Shown here in pieces: positions 1-19,892 of a DNA stretch of 64,000 bases (positions within the stretch are counted from its first letter, which is position 1; the number at the start of each line of letters is the position of its first letter). Under the pieces are notes generated by a model, which was not told the DNA's origin, searched no databases, and saw only the letters and a list, made by a program, of their open reading frames with translations. The position numbers were made by a program, and so were the translations under genes. This DNA is from Hormiphora californensis. Lineage: Eukaryota; Animalia; Ctenophora. The stretch covers positions 8,556,001-8,620,000 of the forward strand of contig CM035351.1 of the NCBI GenBank assembly GCA_020137815.1, in the 5' to 3' direction.

Positions 1-1483
1 AACCTTTGGAACAGTTTCTGCAATTCCAAGTCCTCGGTGTAGAGTGTACGTGCTGTGCTTATCGGGACGGTGGTCGTCTAACTGCTGGCTACTCAGACGG
101 GACAATTCGGACTTTTGATTTGGAGGAGTCAGCCATGGTTCTAAAGATAGTTCCCCATTCTTCTCCTGTTACAAAACTCACTTACAGTAGTGACAGTAAG
201 TTCCAATTTGTGTAGAAAATAGGAATCCTGGGAATAAGTTGCTATCATACCTCCAGGGACTCTCTATTGCACACAAAAGTGTTCCAACACAGACTTGGTT
301 ACCCCCCCCCCCCCCCCCACGCCATGATACTACTTTATTGCGTTGTTGCGACTTGCGTAACCCCTTCTGTAGTGACTAGAATGCCAGACAGTCTTATGAC
401 ACGGTCCAGTTGTTATGCACTTTTAACTCTGACGTGTCTCAATAACTGTCTCGACTTGCTCGACCATCTCCCTCCTTGACTACCTAACTATCTTGATGCC
501 TCTCTGATTTCCATTTCCTACTCTCCAGTTGTTGAGTAACCAACTCAACAACTCTCCAGGGCTGTCAGAGCATTGGCCTGACCCTATTTTCGAGAACTGC
601 CATGGTCAGAGCATTGGCCTGACAACTCAAGGGTGTTTCTAAATTCTAATACTAATAGAACTCTCTCTATCTCTCTCCAGGGTTGGTGTTGCTAGCCGGG
701 GATAAGACGGGCACGGTGTCCGTTAGTAACGCCGAAACGGGCCTAACCCTACGATTAGTTAGTGAACACAAGAATGGGGCAGCTGTTACTGCTCTGGCGG
801 TGTCTCCCTTGTGTTCTCACTGGCTTATTGCTACTGCTGATAGGAGGCTGAGTGTGTGGCAGGCATCATGGGTAAGTGATAGACTGGTAGAGCTAAAACA
901 GACTACAGTATTCACACTATGCTGTCCCCACTCCCCAGACTACTAGTACTACTGCAATCATAGCCTGTTCTGTATAGAGATCCCAATTCCCAATTCTCAG
1001 TATAGCAGCTACTATTATATCTTCACCACCCACCCTCTCTTCAGGAAGTGGACGATAACAAGTTGAAATGTTGGCTGTCATTCCCAGGGCCTGCATTCTC
1101 CCCCGGTGGTACACCCCAGCCCTCATTTGACAAATTACCCCCCTCCCTGGCAGTATTCTCTCCCCTCGAACGAGATACCCTCCTGTATACCGGGTACGGG
1201 ATGTATCAAGGAGGTCACTTTCTACAACTTCATCTCCAAGACCACAACCCGGAAGCTGTCTCTGGCACATTGGGCTGTTAGTATGGTGGTGGTACCTGGC
1301 TCTAATCTCCTTGTGGTGGGCACCCACGATAGGCTGGTGACCATCTTGGACTACACAAGTGGAACTTTCCAGGACTTTGTGGCCCATTGTGGAGAGGTTG
1401 GGGTTGTGAGTTATTGGGAGGGTAAGGGTGTAGTTGTTAGTGGGTCAGGAAGCGCTCTGGCCCTATGGAAACTGAGAGTTTGA
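1..1483 (+). CDS. WDR90: WD repeat protein 90, last exons (<1-195, 681-871, 1045-1483); 5' part outside window
   Basis: WD40 repeats. C-terminus LPPSLAVFSP...YTGYG/KEVTFYNF...GTFQDFVAH...ALWKLRV matches my recollection of the WDR90 C-terminus. GT-AG junctions are phase-compatible. One 1-bp frameshift near 1200. Confidence 0.85.
561..628. repeat. Small dispersed element bounded by direct repeats of GTCAGAGCATTGGCCTGAC
   Basis: Related copies or half-copies at ~16791, ~18058, 20571-20620, ~23515 and 59643-59725. Confidence 0.65.
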
Positions 1484-1738
1484 GACTGAAATCAGACATG
1501 TGAAATTTTCACATTGTGAAAATCTTTACTTGGAGATTCAGAACCGACTCGGATGTTGAACCGCCAAAGTGTCCTAGCCTGTTCATTTTTTAAATCCCAT
1601 GTGATATATTGGTTTGACACTGCCAGACAGAATGAATATTGAATATGAACAATGGACTAATATTATGGAGCTCCATTGAAATGAGCACTGAGCAGTGTTC
1701 AGAACAGTGTTCAGAACAGATTGAGATATGTACAGTAT

Positions 1739-6253
<4,515 letters not shown>

Positions 6254-6543
6254 GTATGTGCAAAGTTTTTAAAGTATAATTATGTTGCCTGCTTTCTATA
6301 GCCATATATTTGTTTCACTGTGTCATTATGTCATCCCCAAAGTATCGATGTGATCGCCCCAACCGATGAAGACCTTTTGCGATTTGACGGCGCGGAAGGC
6401 GCTGTTTCGCAACTGGTTCCATGCAATTCTCCGCCGCGCCGCGCGAAAAAACTTTTTCCTCGCGTTTTTTGTTTATTTTTTATTTGCGACGCACAAAAAT
6501 TTAAAATTTAAAAAAATGAGCGACCTGTAGGGGGCGCGATTAA

Positions 6544-6944
6544 AGTGTAAGCGAAACTAAAACGAACCCCCTGCGCGGCTCAAATTGAACGTTTTTGGTC
6601 ATAACTCCGTCAATTCTTAACCAAATCGCTTAAATTTGGGCTCGTTGGAAAGCCCTGAATGCCCTCTTGCCAATGAACCCAAGATTGTGCAATTTGGTCA
6701 AGAATTGACGGAGTTATGACCAAAAACGACCAAATGTACTTTTTCAGCACTATTTAGCATGTTTTTGGTCATAACTCTGTCAATTCTTAACGAAATTGCA
6801 TAAACTTGGGTTCATTGGAAAGAGGACATTAAGGGCTTTCTAACGAGCTCAAATTTATGCGATTTGGTTAAGAATTGACGGAGTTATGACCAAAAACGTT
6901 CAATTTGAGCCGCGCAGGGGGTTCGTTTTAGTTTCGCTTACACT
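6544..6944. mobile_element. Foldback MITE, Kolobok-like
   Basis: Long TIRs AGTGTAAGCGAAAC.../...GTTTCGCTTACACT, TTAA on both sides, AG...CT termini, nested internal inverted repeats. Confidence 0.8.
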
Positions 6945-6948
6945 TTAA

Positions 6949-7428
6949 AGTCCGTTTCAAGCGACTTGACCCGTAATTCTTGGAATTTGGCGCATTGCGC
7001 GTGTATTTGCAAAGGGGAAATCCCGAATTTCCAGGAATCTCAGGTCAAGTCGTTTGAAACGCACTTTAAAGTCCGTTTCAAGCGACTTGACCCGTAATTC
7101 TTGGAATTTGGCGCATTGTGCGTGTATTTACAAAGGGGAAATCCTGAATTTCCAGGAATCTCAGGTCAAGTCGTTTGAAACGCACTTTATAATCTGGGTG
7201 CCTTGCAGCGACTTTACAGGTGTGCGCTACCAAAAGAGTACACTTAGACCGACTTTTTTCAAACGGCTATAGCCATGCAACCACATGGCCAATTTGAGTA
7301 AACTAAATGGTAACTGATAGAGAATCGATAGGCCTAACCGATAACCCCAAACCAGACCCTAACAGATAGCCCTAACCCGTCGTGCGCGCTAAAACTACGA
7401 ATTGTTAGCAATGAAAGGCACCCAGATT
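6949..7428. mobile_element. Two tandem 117-bp MITEs (6949-7065, 7070-7186) plus a third family (7191-7428), joined by TTAA/TTAT
   Basis: TIRs AGTCCGTTTCAAGCGACTTGACC/GGTCAAGTCGTTTGAAACGCACT and AATCTGGGTGCCTT/AAGGCACCCAGATT. A collapsed remnant lies at 7481-7518. Confidence 0.75.
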
Positions 7429-7959
7429 TTAACGTTTTCCACCTGTGTGTTACCACAACCCAGGGGCTATAACAGCAGGTAAAGTGCGTTTCAAACGACT
7501 TGACTTGAAACGCACTTTAGCACATGCTCTTGGTTATTGCATAAATGGGTTAGCACGATCCAGAAATTGATCGAAACCATGTTTAACGAGTCCAGTTATA
7601 CCTACGTGGAGCGACAGACCGTCCTTCCTAACGAGGTCTGGATCAAATTTCTCTTCGTTTTAACGTCAGTCGTCACTGACGGTAAGAGAAAGAGAAATGT
7701 GATCGTAAGGAGGTGTTGTGATGAGGAATGTAGGTTATGGAGCAGGAGGACGTGATCCTGGATTAGCATCCTCCCACTTGGAAAATATCAGAGACATTTC
7801 TCCTCATCATGTGTTTTATCCGTGTTGGGGCCTCTCACCTCGGGTGGTGTTGTTCCAGGACGCTGATGTACGCTCAAACAGGGTCCATGAGCGGGTAAAT
7901 TTGAGGTTTTTGATAAAATTTGCCTGGCTAGACTGTGTTTCGGGAGGGTTAGAACATAA

Positions 7960-8346
7960 CCCAAGAACGAGCTGCATGATCATATCAGAACGGCACACAA
8001 AAGGAAGTTCCAGTGTGATGTTTGTCCTATGAGTTTCAAGATATCCAGGGCTCTAAATCAGCATAAGCAAATCCATAACAACGGAATTAAACCATACAAA
8101 TGTGAAATCTGTGGAAAAAGGTTTTCTCTGTTGAACGGTTTTAAAAAACATTTTGTTTTACATTCAGGAAAGCATTCAATTGGTTGTGAAGTCTGTGGAA
8201 AAAAGTTTAGTCTGCCACATCACTTGAAAGAACATATGAAGACTCATTCTGGCGAGAAACCCTTTGCGTGTTGTTACTGTGGGAAAATGTTTTCTCAGAC
8301 CTCAAACAGAATCTTTCATGATGCTATCTGTCCTGCGAAACAGTAA
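7960..8346 (+). CDS. C2H2 zinc-finger protein, 3' portion (4 fingers; 5' structure unresolved, possibly from ~7579)
   Basis: CDVCPMSF...HKQIH, CEICGKRF...HFVLH, CEVCGKKF...HMKTH-SGEKPF linker, CCYCGKMF...H. Confidence 0.8.
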   Translation, partial: PKNELHDHIRTAHKRKFQCDVCPMSFKISRALNQHKQIHNNGIKPYKCEICGKRFSLLNGFKKHFVLHSGKHSIGCEVCGKKFSLPHHLKEHMKTHSGEKPFACCYCGKMFSQTSNRIFHDAICPAKQ

Positions 8347-8750
8347 TGTTTGTGTCTTATCATGGTATCGCAGTGCTGGCAAGCAAAACACCTACGAATG
8401 TTTTGATATGAATTTTTGGGGCCTGGGCTGCCGTTAAATTCGCATTCCCATGATCATAACCGGCTCTTCAATGATCATGATTTATCTTATTCCAAATTAT
8501 GATGCAGATTCAACCATCTGTACTGTGCAAAGCAGAGTCTGTCTCAGACATAGAAGAATTGGGGCAAGAATTGTGTGTGTTTGACCTTTGAAAAAACATC
8601 ACGAAAACGCATCCAGACCCCAAAATTTCAGATCCAGTTTCGCACGTGTTTTTGTGGCCCCGACTATCTTAGATCTAGTTTGAGATAAGAATATATCATT
8701 GGTCTCTCGATATTTGGCGGTCGAACGGTTAAATTTTTACCGATGTTTAA

Positions 8751-9901
8751 GGGTACACCTCGGCAAAATTTTTGTCGAGTGCCCGCTTAGCTCTCCATAT
8801 GGGGTTGTAGGGCATACCAAGCCGACCTCAAATATGCAATTTTAGCCCTTAACTCGAATTCATATTTTTGCTACAGCCCCTCAAAGTTTGACCCTAAAAA
8901 CCGGTTTTTAAGGTCCCTAAATTTTATTTTTAGGGCTAGAAAGCTGAAAATTTAGGGATTCATAGAGGATACCAAGGTGTATAGCTCAAACAGAAATTTT
9001 TTGAAATGGAGCTCAATTTTTTGTCTGAGACTATTTTACTTTTTTTGACTTTGAGGCCATATTTGGACATGTTCCTATGGACCGTTAAGGCTAAAAATTG
9101 GATATTAGGTGCTCCTAACAATTTTCAAAGTAGCCACAAATTTTCAGGAGGTCCGAATTTGAAATGTGGCCTACAGGTTTCTTTTTGTAAAGCACATATT
9201 TTAGGAAAACTAATTTGAACATGTTCATTTGAACATGTTCAGCAGAAATAGGTAAGATTAGCTCTAGCTAGAAGCATTTCTGCTAAACATGTACAAACCT
9301 TAAAATACGATTTCTGAAAAAACGGTTAGACTTAGAGCAAAATGTCTAAGAGACAACCCCCCCAAAATCGGACCCGCTGAATCGATTTAGCACGAAATTA
9401 GATCGCTAGGACCTACCGTTTTTGAGATATAGCCATTTTAAGTTTTCCTAAAATATGTGCTTTACAAAAAGAAACCTGTAGGCCACATTTCAAATTCGGA
9501 CCTCCTGAAAATTTGTGGCCACTTTGACAATTGTTAGGAGCACCTAATATCCAATTTTTAGCCTTAACGGTCCATAGGAACATGTCCAAATATGGCCTCA
9601 AAGTCAAAAAAAGTAAAATAGTCTTAGACAAAAAATTGAGCTCCATTTCAAAAAATTTCTGTTTGAGCTATACACCTTGGTACCCTCTATGAATCCCTAA
9701 ATTTTCAGCTTTCTAGCCCTAAAAATAAAATTTAGGGACCTTAAAAACCGGTTTTTAGGGTCAAACTTTGAGGGGCTGTAGCAAAAATATGAATTCGAGT
9801 TAAGGGCTAAAATTGCATATTTGAGGTCGGCTTGGTATGCCCTACAACCCCATATGGAGAGCTAAGCGGGCACTCGACAAAAATTTTGCCGAGGTGTACC
9901 C
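8751..9901. mobile_element. Non-autonomous TIR element with ~460-bp inverted repeats, Kolobok-like
   Basis: GGGTACACCTCGG.../...CCGAGGTGTACCC with TTAA at 8747-8750 and 9902-9905; arms nearly identical. Confidence 0.88.
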
Positions 9902-10383
9902 TTAAATGTTATTACATGATCATTGATCAACTATTCAAAAGTTTCAAGTTTGTAATCCCTCATCCCCTGACCCATTACCTTCTGAACACGCCGTTACTCA
10001 CTCCGTGTCTACTCCCAATACCCCCTTTCTCTCTAGTCTCTGTACCAAATTCTGCACCACAGTTATTGACCCCCTGGAAGATTACGAAGGTACTGTCACT
10101 ACCCCGTAATTACACACTACCAGCTGTCACTCCGGTCCCCTGGCCCTTTCTTCGGCCCCTTCACCAATTGGCGAGGTGCTACAGATTCGTAGAGGGGAGG
10201 GAGATTTTAGCGTACGGCGCAGTAGGGTAAAGTGTGCCTTTCTGTTATTGTTAGTGTAACACCGCGCACCAGGGCGCTCTTTTTGAACAATGCGCGCACT
10301 AAATGTACAGGGTGTCCGTTTGTTTGTGTGCTTGTCAGGTTGTTTGTATGACACCCTGTAACATCATCACCTCTCATTAGCTG

Positions 10384-13770
<3,387 letters not shown>

Positions 13771-14425
13771 GGTGACACCCTGTGTGACCCTGTTTGTGTG
13801 TCAAATAGCTTTTTTTATTGATGTGGCCCCCAATCAAAATATTGTTCTTATGATTTTGTACCGTTCTGGTGTTATGTTTGACAAGAACGATTTAACAGCT
13901 GATATAACTTTGTGTTTCGTGAGATTTTTTGGTATTTTTGACCTTTTGTAACTTTGTTTTTACTCGTTCATCTAATTTTCTAATCCACCCTTAATTTCTT
14001 ATCTAGCCAAATGTCAACAAGTAATCAGGAGTGAATGAGTCATGGTTCAATATTACGGTAAAGACGACGTTCTAGATAGATAGTAAGTAAATCGGTTCAA
14101 ATGTTCAACCCCCCCCCCCCCCCCCCCTATAACAGGCCAGTGCCCTGACACCCCCTCCCCCCTCAATTTTCCAACAAGTTCCTCCCTCCTATCTAGTTTC
14201 CAATTTCCAATCACCACACATATGCTGCTGCAACTGTTGTCCCCCCTGTTGGAATTACACGCGTGATGTGTTCCTCTTCCCTCCATTCATCTCCCCGCCC
14301 CTCCAAGATTCAAATGGCACCCTTATCTAACATTAATTACACCTCTCCCTCTCAGTGCTAGTGATCTGATAAACAGGCTGTCCCTCTCTTTCTCCGCCTC
14401 CTCCTCCCCTAAAGAACACCACAAT

Positions 14426-16199
14426 ATGGACGCACCCGCCAGTGATCCCACCCATTTGTGTCCAAGGCACCGCCGCATAATTGAGGAGAGGAAGAGGAAG
14501 GGAGAGGAGAAGATTCTAGATCCGTTGAAGGGGATTATTGAGGTGGCAAGCGACGAATTGTCGAAAGGAGAGAAGAAGAAAGTTCCTGTTCGAGATACCA
14601 GTCCAGTATTTCGGTCTGCACCACTTCCACGACCGATATTTGAGACACCTCGTGTCAGGTAAGATAGAGGCACGAGATGTTGGTGTTGTTGTTGCGGACA
14701 TTAATAGAAGATATCCACATATATTGGTGTTGTTTTGGTAGTTCAGTACTGTTCCCTAGTATAGATACAATAAGTTGGCAGTGATTTCTTATCTCTTCGC
14801 TTCTTGCTTTATCTGTCACTTCATCATTTATTCGGTTATTATTTGGCAATGGTTTGTACCATTTCTCGTTACAGGTTGTCATATCCCATTGAGAGCGCTA
14901 GGAAGGAGAAACCCAGACCTCTCACACCAGTTCTTACTGTTCATTCTCGGACATCCTCGAGACGACGAGCGGTGAGTGTTTTTAATTTCCTTTAGTTCCT
15001 TGAATTAGTATTTGACAATTGACTTGTTTCCCGCACGTTACAACAATTCAATATTTTATTTGGACCAAGTTTTGGTCTGTCGGTTTACCCCCCCCCCCTA
15101 AACATGATCTCTCTGCTCCAGGTTGCCTCCCCAACTCGTATTGACTTCTTCAAGCAGCTTCCAGTTGAACTCACAATGTCTCTTCTTCTCGACTACCTGT
15201 CTCCTAGAGACCTCATCAAGTAAGATCATATTGTGGGACTGGGCATGACAGATATATTGCTACTGTCACCATTCCAGAATCACCTTGTCTTGCTCGACCC
15301 TATGTCACCGCGCCCCGTTTGAACAAAACAAACAGCCAGTTTGATAACACATTCTCTCTTCTTAGTCTGCGTAGTGTGAGCCGGTACCATCACATGCTAA
15401 CGGAACTGAAAGTGGTCAAGAAAAGGTGGACTTCTTTCTTCATCGCCACTAAACAGCTCAACCTATCTATTGGACAGGTACGTTATCTTTTAGGACATCT
15501 ATTGAATGATAATGGCATATATCCGTTTCCTAGTAGTCCCCTAAAAACCCTTCAGTTTGTGTACAAATTAATACAAAAACTACCACATATTATAACAGTA
15601 ACATAACCTTCCAATCGCAGGAAAATCGCCGAACATCGACCGGCCGATCCACTACAATGTGCCTATCAAGAGGCATCCTGAGTCCAATTCAACATGCCGC
15701 TGCCCCGTCTCCCACCCTCCGGCACTGGCACCTCTCAACTCCGCCTACCTCTTCCACCACATCACGACAATCCCTCTCTGTAAAGGGCCGGAAGATCTCA
15801 CCTGGGAGCTCTGGTGGTAGTAACTCCTCTCGACACCCATCTAAACGGCCAGCCAGTATCAGGGATGTCTGGGAAGACACTCTTCCAACCCCAGAGAAAT
15901 ACAAACCAGTGAAACATAGTTTGCGAGAGTTACTTTCAGAAAGGGGAGGTAGTAGTGGTGGGGGTGTTAGTAAACTGAGAACACCACTCAAGACAATTGG
16001 AACACCAAATACCCTATCAACTTGTAGCAGTAAGACTAGTCTCAGTTCCACGTCTAGTTTCCTAACACCTGATATGACGTCATCGTCACGTCACTGGTCC
16101 TCCGTCACACCCACAACACCTGTCCAGGATAGGGATGGGTTTAAAGTACCCGTACCCACCTCCAGAACCAAATCCAGACAGAGACTTCGACGATTGTAG
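14426..16199 (+). CDS. Emi1/Emi2 (FBXO5/FBXO43)-like APC/C inhibitor (exons 14426-14658, 14875-14971, 15122-15219, 15366-15477, 15621-16199)
   Basis: F-box IDFFKQLPVELTMSLLLDYLSPRDLINLRSVSR, D-box-like RGILSPIQ and RTPLKTIG, C-terminal KSRQRLRRL RL-tail. Confidence 0.7.
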
Positions 16200-16893
16200 A
16201 ATTAAGAGAGGGATAGGGTTGTTTTTTGGGCGATTGACTATGAAATGTATGAGTGTAAAATTTGTGTTTGAGTTTGTGAGTTATAGATCTGTAAGAGACG
16301 TCTCGTTTAGGGCTGAGTATGAACCTGTCGGGCACCGTGCTGACCCGTTATCTCTATTTTGTCGTCATGTTGTTGGTTTTGCGCCTGTGTTATTTTGTTA
16401 GGCGAGTTTTATTTGTAACATTACCACGGGGGTCATATTGAATAGTTGAGGTTGAAGTTTGTTGCAAGAAATCTTCTATATTCTTGAGAAAGCCTCGTTG
16501 ACCAAGACCAGAGAAAATGGGTCTCTATCATCTGCCATTACCTAAAGATGAATGCCAGCAACTCTATTTCAATACCAGATGTTTGTCTACATCGTGTAAA
16601 TGTAGCATGTTTTAGTTTTACATTTTGTGAGGTATGTAGTGACTATCAGGAGGGGAATTTCCCATTCCCACCCACCCCAAGTGTTTGTATAATTATTGTT
16701 ATATTATTTGACTTTGTATTACCATTTCCAGTTATAGCGCTATTATGAAACTTGTTTTGCTTTGTTCACCACAATTGGCTGTCTCGTCTACCAGAGCATT
16801 GGCCTACCAAATCGTAGTAGCACACTGTGGAAACGAGAAATTAGGGGGCATATGACAGCCAATTGATATTGGTGGGTATAACTCGTGTCTGGT

Positions 16894-16969
16894 CTGTCTG
16901 GCGGCGCCAGACCCCAATTTGATTCAAAGCACGCGACAGTGTGCTCAGATGGGTCGCGGCGCCAGACAG
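16894..16969. mobile_element. 76-bp hAT-like mini-MITE
   Basis: TIR CTGTCTGGCG/CGCCAGACAG, 8-bp TSD TGTCTGGT. Related copies at ~17858-17931, ~19903-19975 and ~23265-23339. Confidence 0.75.
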
Positions 16970-17630
16970 TGTCTGGTAGGAAATGTAGCCAAGATGGACT
17001 CCGTCATGGAGCTCTGCAGAGTTTGATCTTGACCAAGTCGTTGGGCTTCTCTTAGATCTCTGAGAGAACTGAGAAGCCCAAAGCTCGGCCCGATCTGAGA
17101 CAGAAATAGAACGAGCACCGGTAGATCCATCCTTACTAAGATCTTACGCGTACTCGTAGAATACCTTGAGAGACCCGAAAGCAACACGAGTGCGTTGGCC
17201 ACATTGATGCCTGAGTGAGATCGAGGTCGCGCAGCGACCGAGATCGATCTCACATACGGAGCGGGAATAGGTTGCAATGGAGCCAAACGGGTGCGTATGT
17301 TGTGGGGTCCGGGTGGCGCCTGGTACGGTTACGCTGCAGAGAAATCTGTACCGGAAGGAGTAAGGACCGTGGCTGAACGTTATTGAAAGGGATATCAGCA
17401 CCCCCGGCACTGAATTTAATATTTATCCTAGCCGTACTGCTTTGCTTTTTGTTGGCACCATTGCCCGATCTCGCACTAGGTGTCAATGTCACCGATGCTT
17501 TTTGTACATTATTGAGTAAGGGGTAAGACTCTTCCCTCTTACTCAACAAGCTGTACATTTGTTGATGCAAAATCTGACTGTTGAGTTTTACCCGCCGTTA
17601 TGCATACTTTATTTTACTTATGCTCCTTTC

Positions 17631-17835
17631 TCGGAACGTGTTCGTCTAGTCATCGCGTGTCGCGGGCTGCCCCGCCAGCCCTCCAAACCCGGGTGAACAA
17701 GCTAACAATAGTGAAATTACATTCGATATACTACATCGCGCACATGTAATTGCACTATTGTTAGCTTGTTCACCCGGGTTTGGAGGGCTGGCGGGGCAGC
17801 CCGCGACGCGCGATGACTAGACGAACACGTTCCGA
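17631..17835. mobile_element. ~205-bp foldback MITE
   Basis: ~90-bp near-perfect inverted arms; absent from the paralogous copy near 23240. Confidence 0.8.
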
Positions 17836-18995
17836 AAATGCAGCATAAGGCCACGATCTGTCTGGCGGCGCCATACCCAAATTTGATTCTCAGGCGACTG
17901 TGCGCTCAGATGGGGTCGACGGCGCCAGACAGAACACGTCGCTGAATCGCTGGTGGTCTGATCGTTTTTGGTTAGTAGCCGGCCGTCTAGAGTGGCGGTT
18001 GGTACCATTGCTACCTATTTGCTCAATCTCGGTCGCTGCACGACCTCGATCGCACTCTGTCAGGCCAATGCTCTGACAGGCTCAGCCTCAGATGGGGCCG
18101 GGTCGCGGCGCCAGAAAGCCCTGGCCAGTGGCCTAAGTTTCCATTTTCCAAAAGCGGCAAAACAGTCAGAATTTGAACCAACAAGTCGGTATAAGTAGTA
18201 AGTACAAATTAACGATTGTCCTTGTTTCGGTTTAAATTTGTTATCGAAATAACATATCGATAGGTCTACTTTTGTTAAATTCAGAAACTCAAATAATCTC
18301 ATCGTATATGTGTAAAATGTTATCATACAAAGAAAAAACAAGACTATATAAGGTACTCTCTATAATAGTTAACATCGCCCAGATAATAATTGGAATGGTG
18401 TATAGATAAGAAAACAGGATCGATATGCCCTGTTCCATGTAGGCCCACTTTGCCACGCTGACTTGTAAGGGGTGAACGAGCCCTGATAGGCTCAACAGAG
18501 TTGTTAGTTTTTCTCAATTTAGGGAAAAGGATGAATTGTGTAGATCTAGCTCTAACACCAAACCGGGTCGAGATGAAGAAACATGGGCGATGCCGGGTCT
18601 GAGACTCTTTCCCGTCCTAATTTACCTCGATCAGGTCTGGTGTTAGATCTAGACTGTAATATATCTCAGGTAGCGGCGGAGTAACAAACTAAAACACATA
18701 TGCCCTGCACAACACACACAAAAACACGCTGACTCAATGTGAGGATATATCATATAGGATAAATGAAATGTACAACCATGTATACCACAAGCTCTACAGC
18801 TTAGTTTGGGGGACTGTGATGGTTGGTACTGGTATCTAATCTTAGTAGGAAACACGCACTCTCACAAATGTGTATAATATTTACAAAACGTTCTCTGGCT
18901 AAAAATCTCTCTGCTGTACAAAACTGATCATCAAGCGCCTCTCTCTCACTCTCTCTCTCACTCTCTCTCTCTCTCACTCTCTCTCTCTCTCTCTC

Positions 18996-19880
18996 GGTCC
19001 ACTACACGCACCACTCCCACATGGGGCCGTAAGGTCCCATGTGGGAACAGGGTTAAATCCCCCGAGCCCGGATCCTGTTGGATCTGAGGGCCCGGAGGGC
19101 CTGCGGAGTAAAGGTAGGTAGAACAATGTACATAGGGGTAAGTTGAACAATGTACATATGGGTTAAAGTAAGGGGAAAATATTTAAAGGGGAATTAAAGC
19201 TCATGGAGACGGAGCATAAGACCTCCTAAACTATCTGGAAAGAAGCCCAACCATCTGGATCGGAGCCTAAGAAGAGACAACTTATCGGGAACAAAACGTC
19301 TGGAACGGAATCTAAGGCAGTCTAATAGCAAGCAGGAACGGGTGAAACGGTAGAATACAAATACAAATATAATACATCTAGTGGGGTTACAGGAGGCTGA
19401 TTACATGTCGAGAACTTTCCGGAGCGTGTTCATCGAGTTGAAGAGTACCGACTTTTGGAGCTGTGAGGGGTAAACTTGGCGGGTTATAGCAGTCAGGTAC
19501 TTCTCCAGTCGGGGGCTGACTCCGCCAAGAGCTCCGATCACGATAGGGATGACCGTGGCCTTTTTAAGATCCCAAATTCGTGTGAGCTCCCTCCGTAGTT
19601 CTTGGTACTTCTCGATCTTCTCCATCTCCCTGTCCGACACTGACCTGTCCTTTGGTACAGCGACATCGATCAGAAGCGCTTCCTTCTTTAGTTTGTCTAG
19701 AAGGACCAAGTCAGGTTTACATGCCTCGATGGGGTTATCCGTCTGAATGTGGAAATCCCAGAGGATCTTGCAGTTCTCATTCTCGAGCACTTTCTCTGCA
19801 TAGTGGCTCCACCACTTTGATTCGGTAGGAAATCCGTGGTCCTTGCATATTCCCCAGTGCAGGGCAGCAGCTACTCGAGG
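18996..19880 (-). mobile_element. 5'-truncated R4/Dong-clade non-LTR retrotransposon (RLE endonuclease + 3' UTR)
   Basis: LHWGICK...ILWDFHIQTD...KPDLVLLDK...IDVAVP...EKIEKYQEL...PIVIGALG; stop at 19401; 3' end abuts a GA/CT tract. Confidence 0.85.
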
Positions 19881-19892
19881 TGGTATAAACGA

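Larger units (their letters stand above)
16597..18995. repeat. Composite repeat, copy 1 (partial copies at 19893-20660 and 22943-24390)
   Basis: Long near-identical blocks shared among three sites; contains many short hairpins and MITE termini. Confidence 0.88.

Noticed and set aside
9006-9646. Near-identical ORFs on opposite strands
   Set aside because: They are a by-product of the element's inverted repeats.
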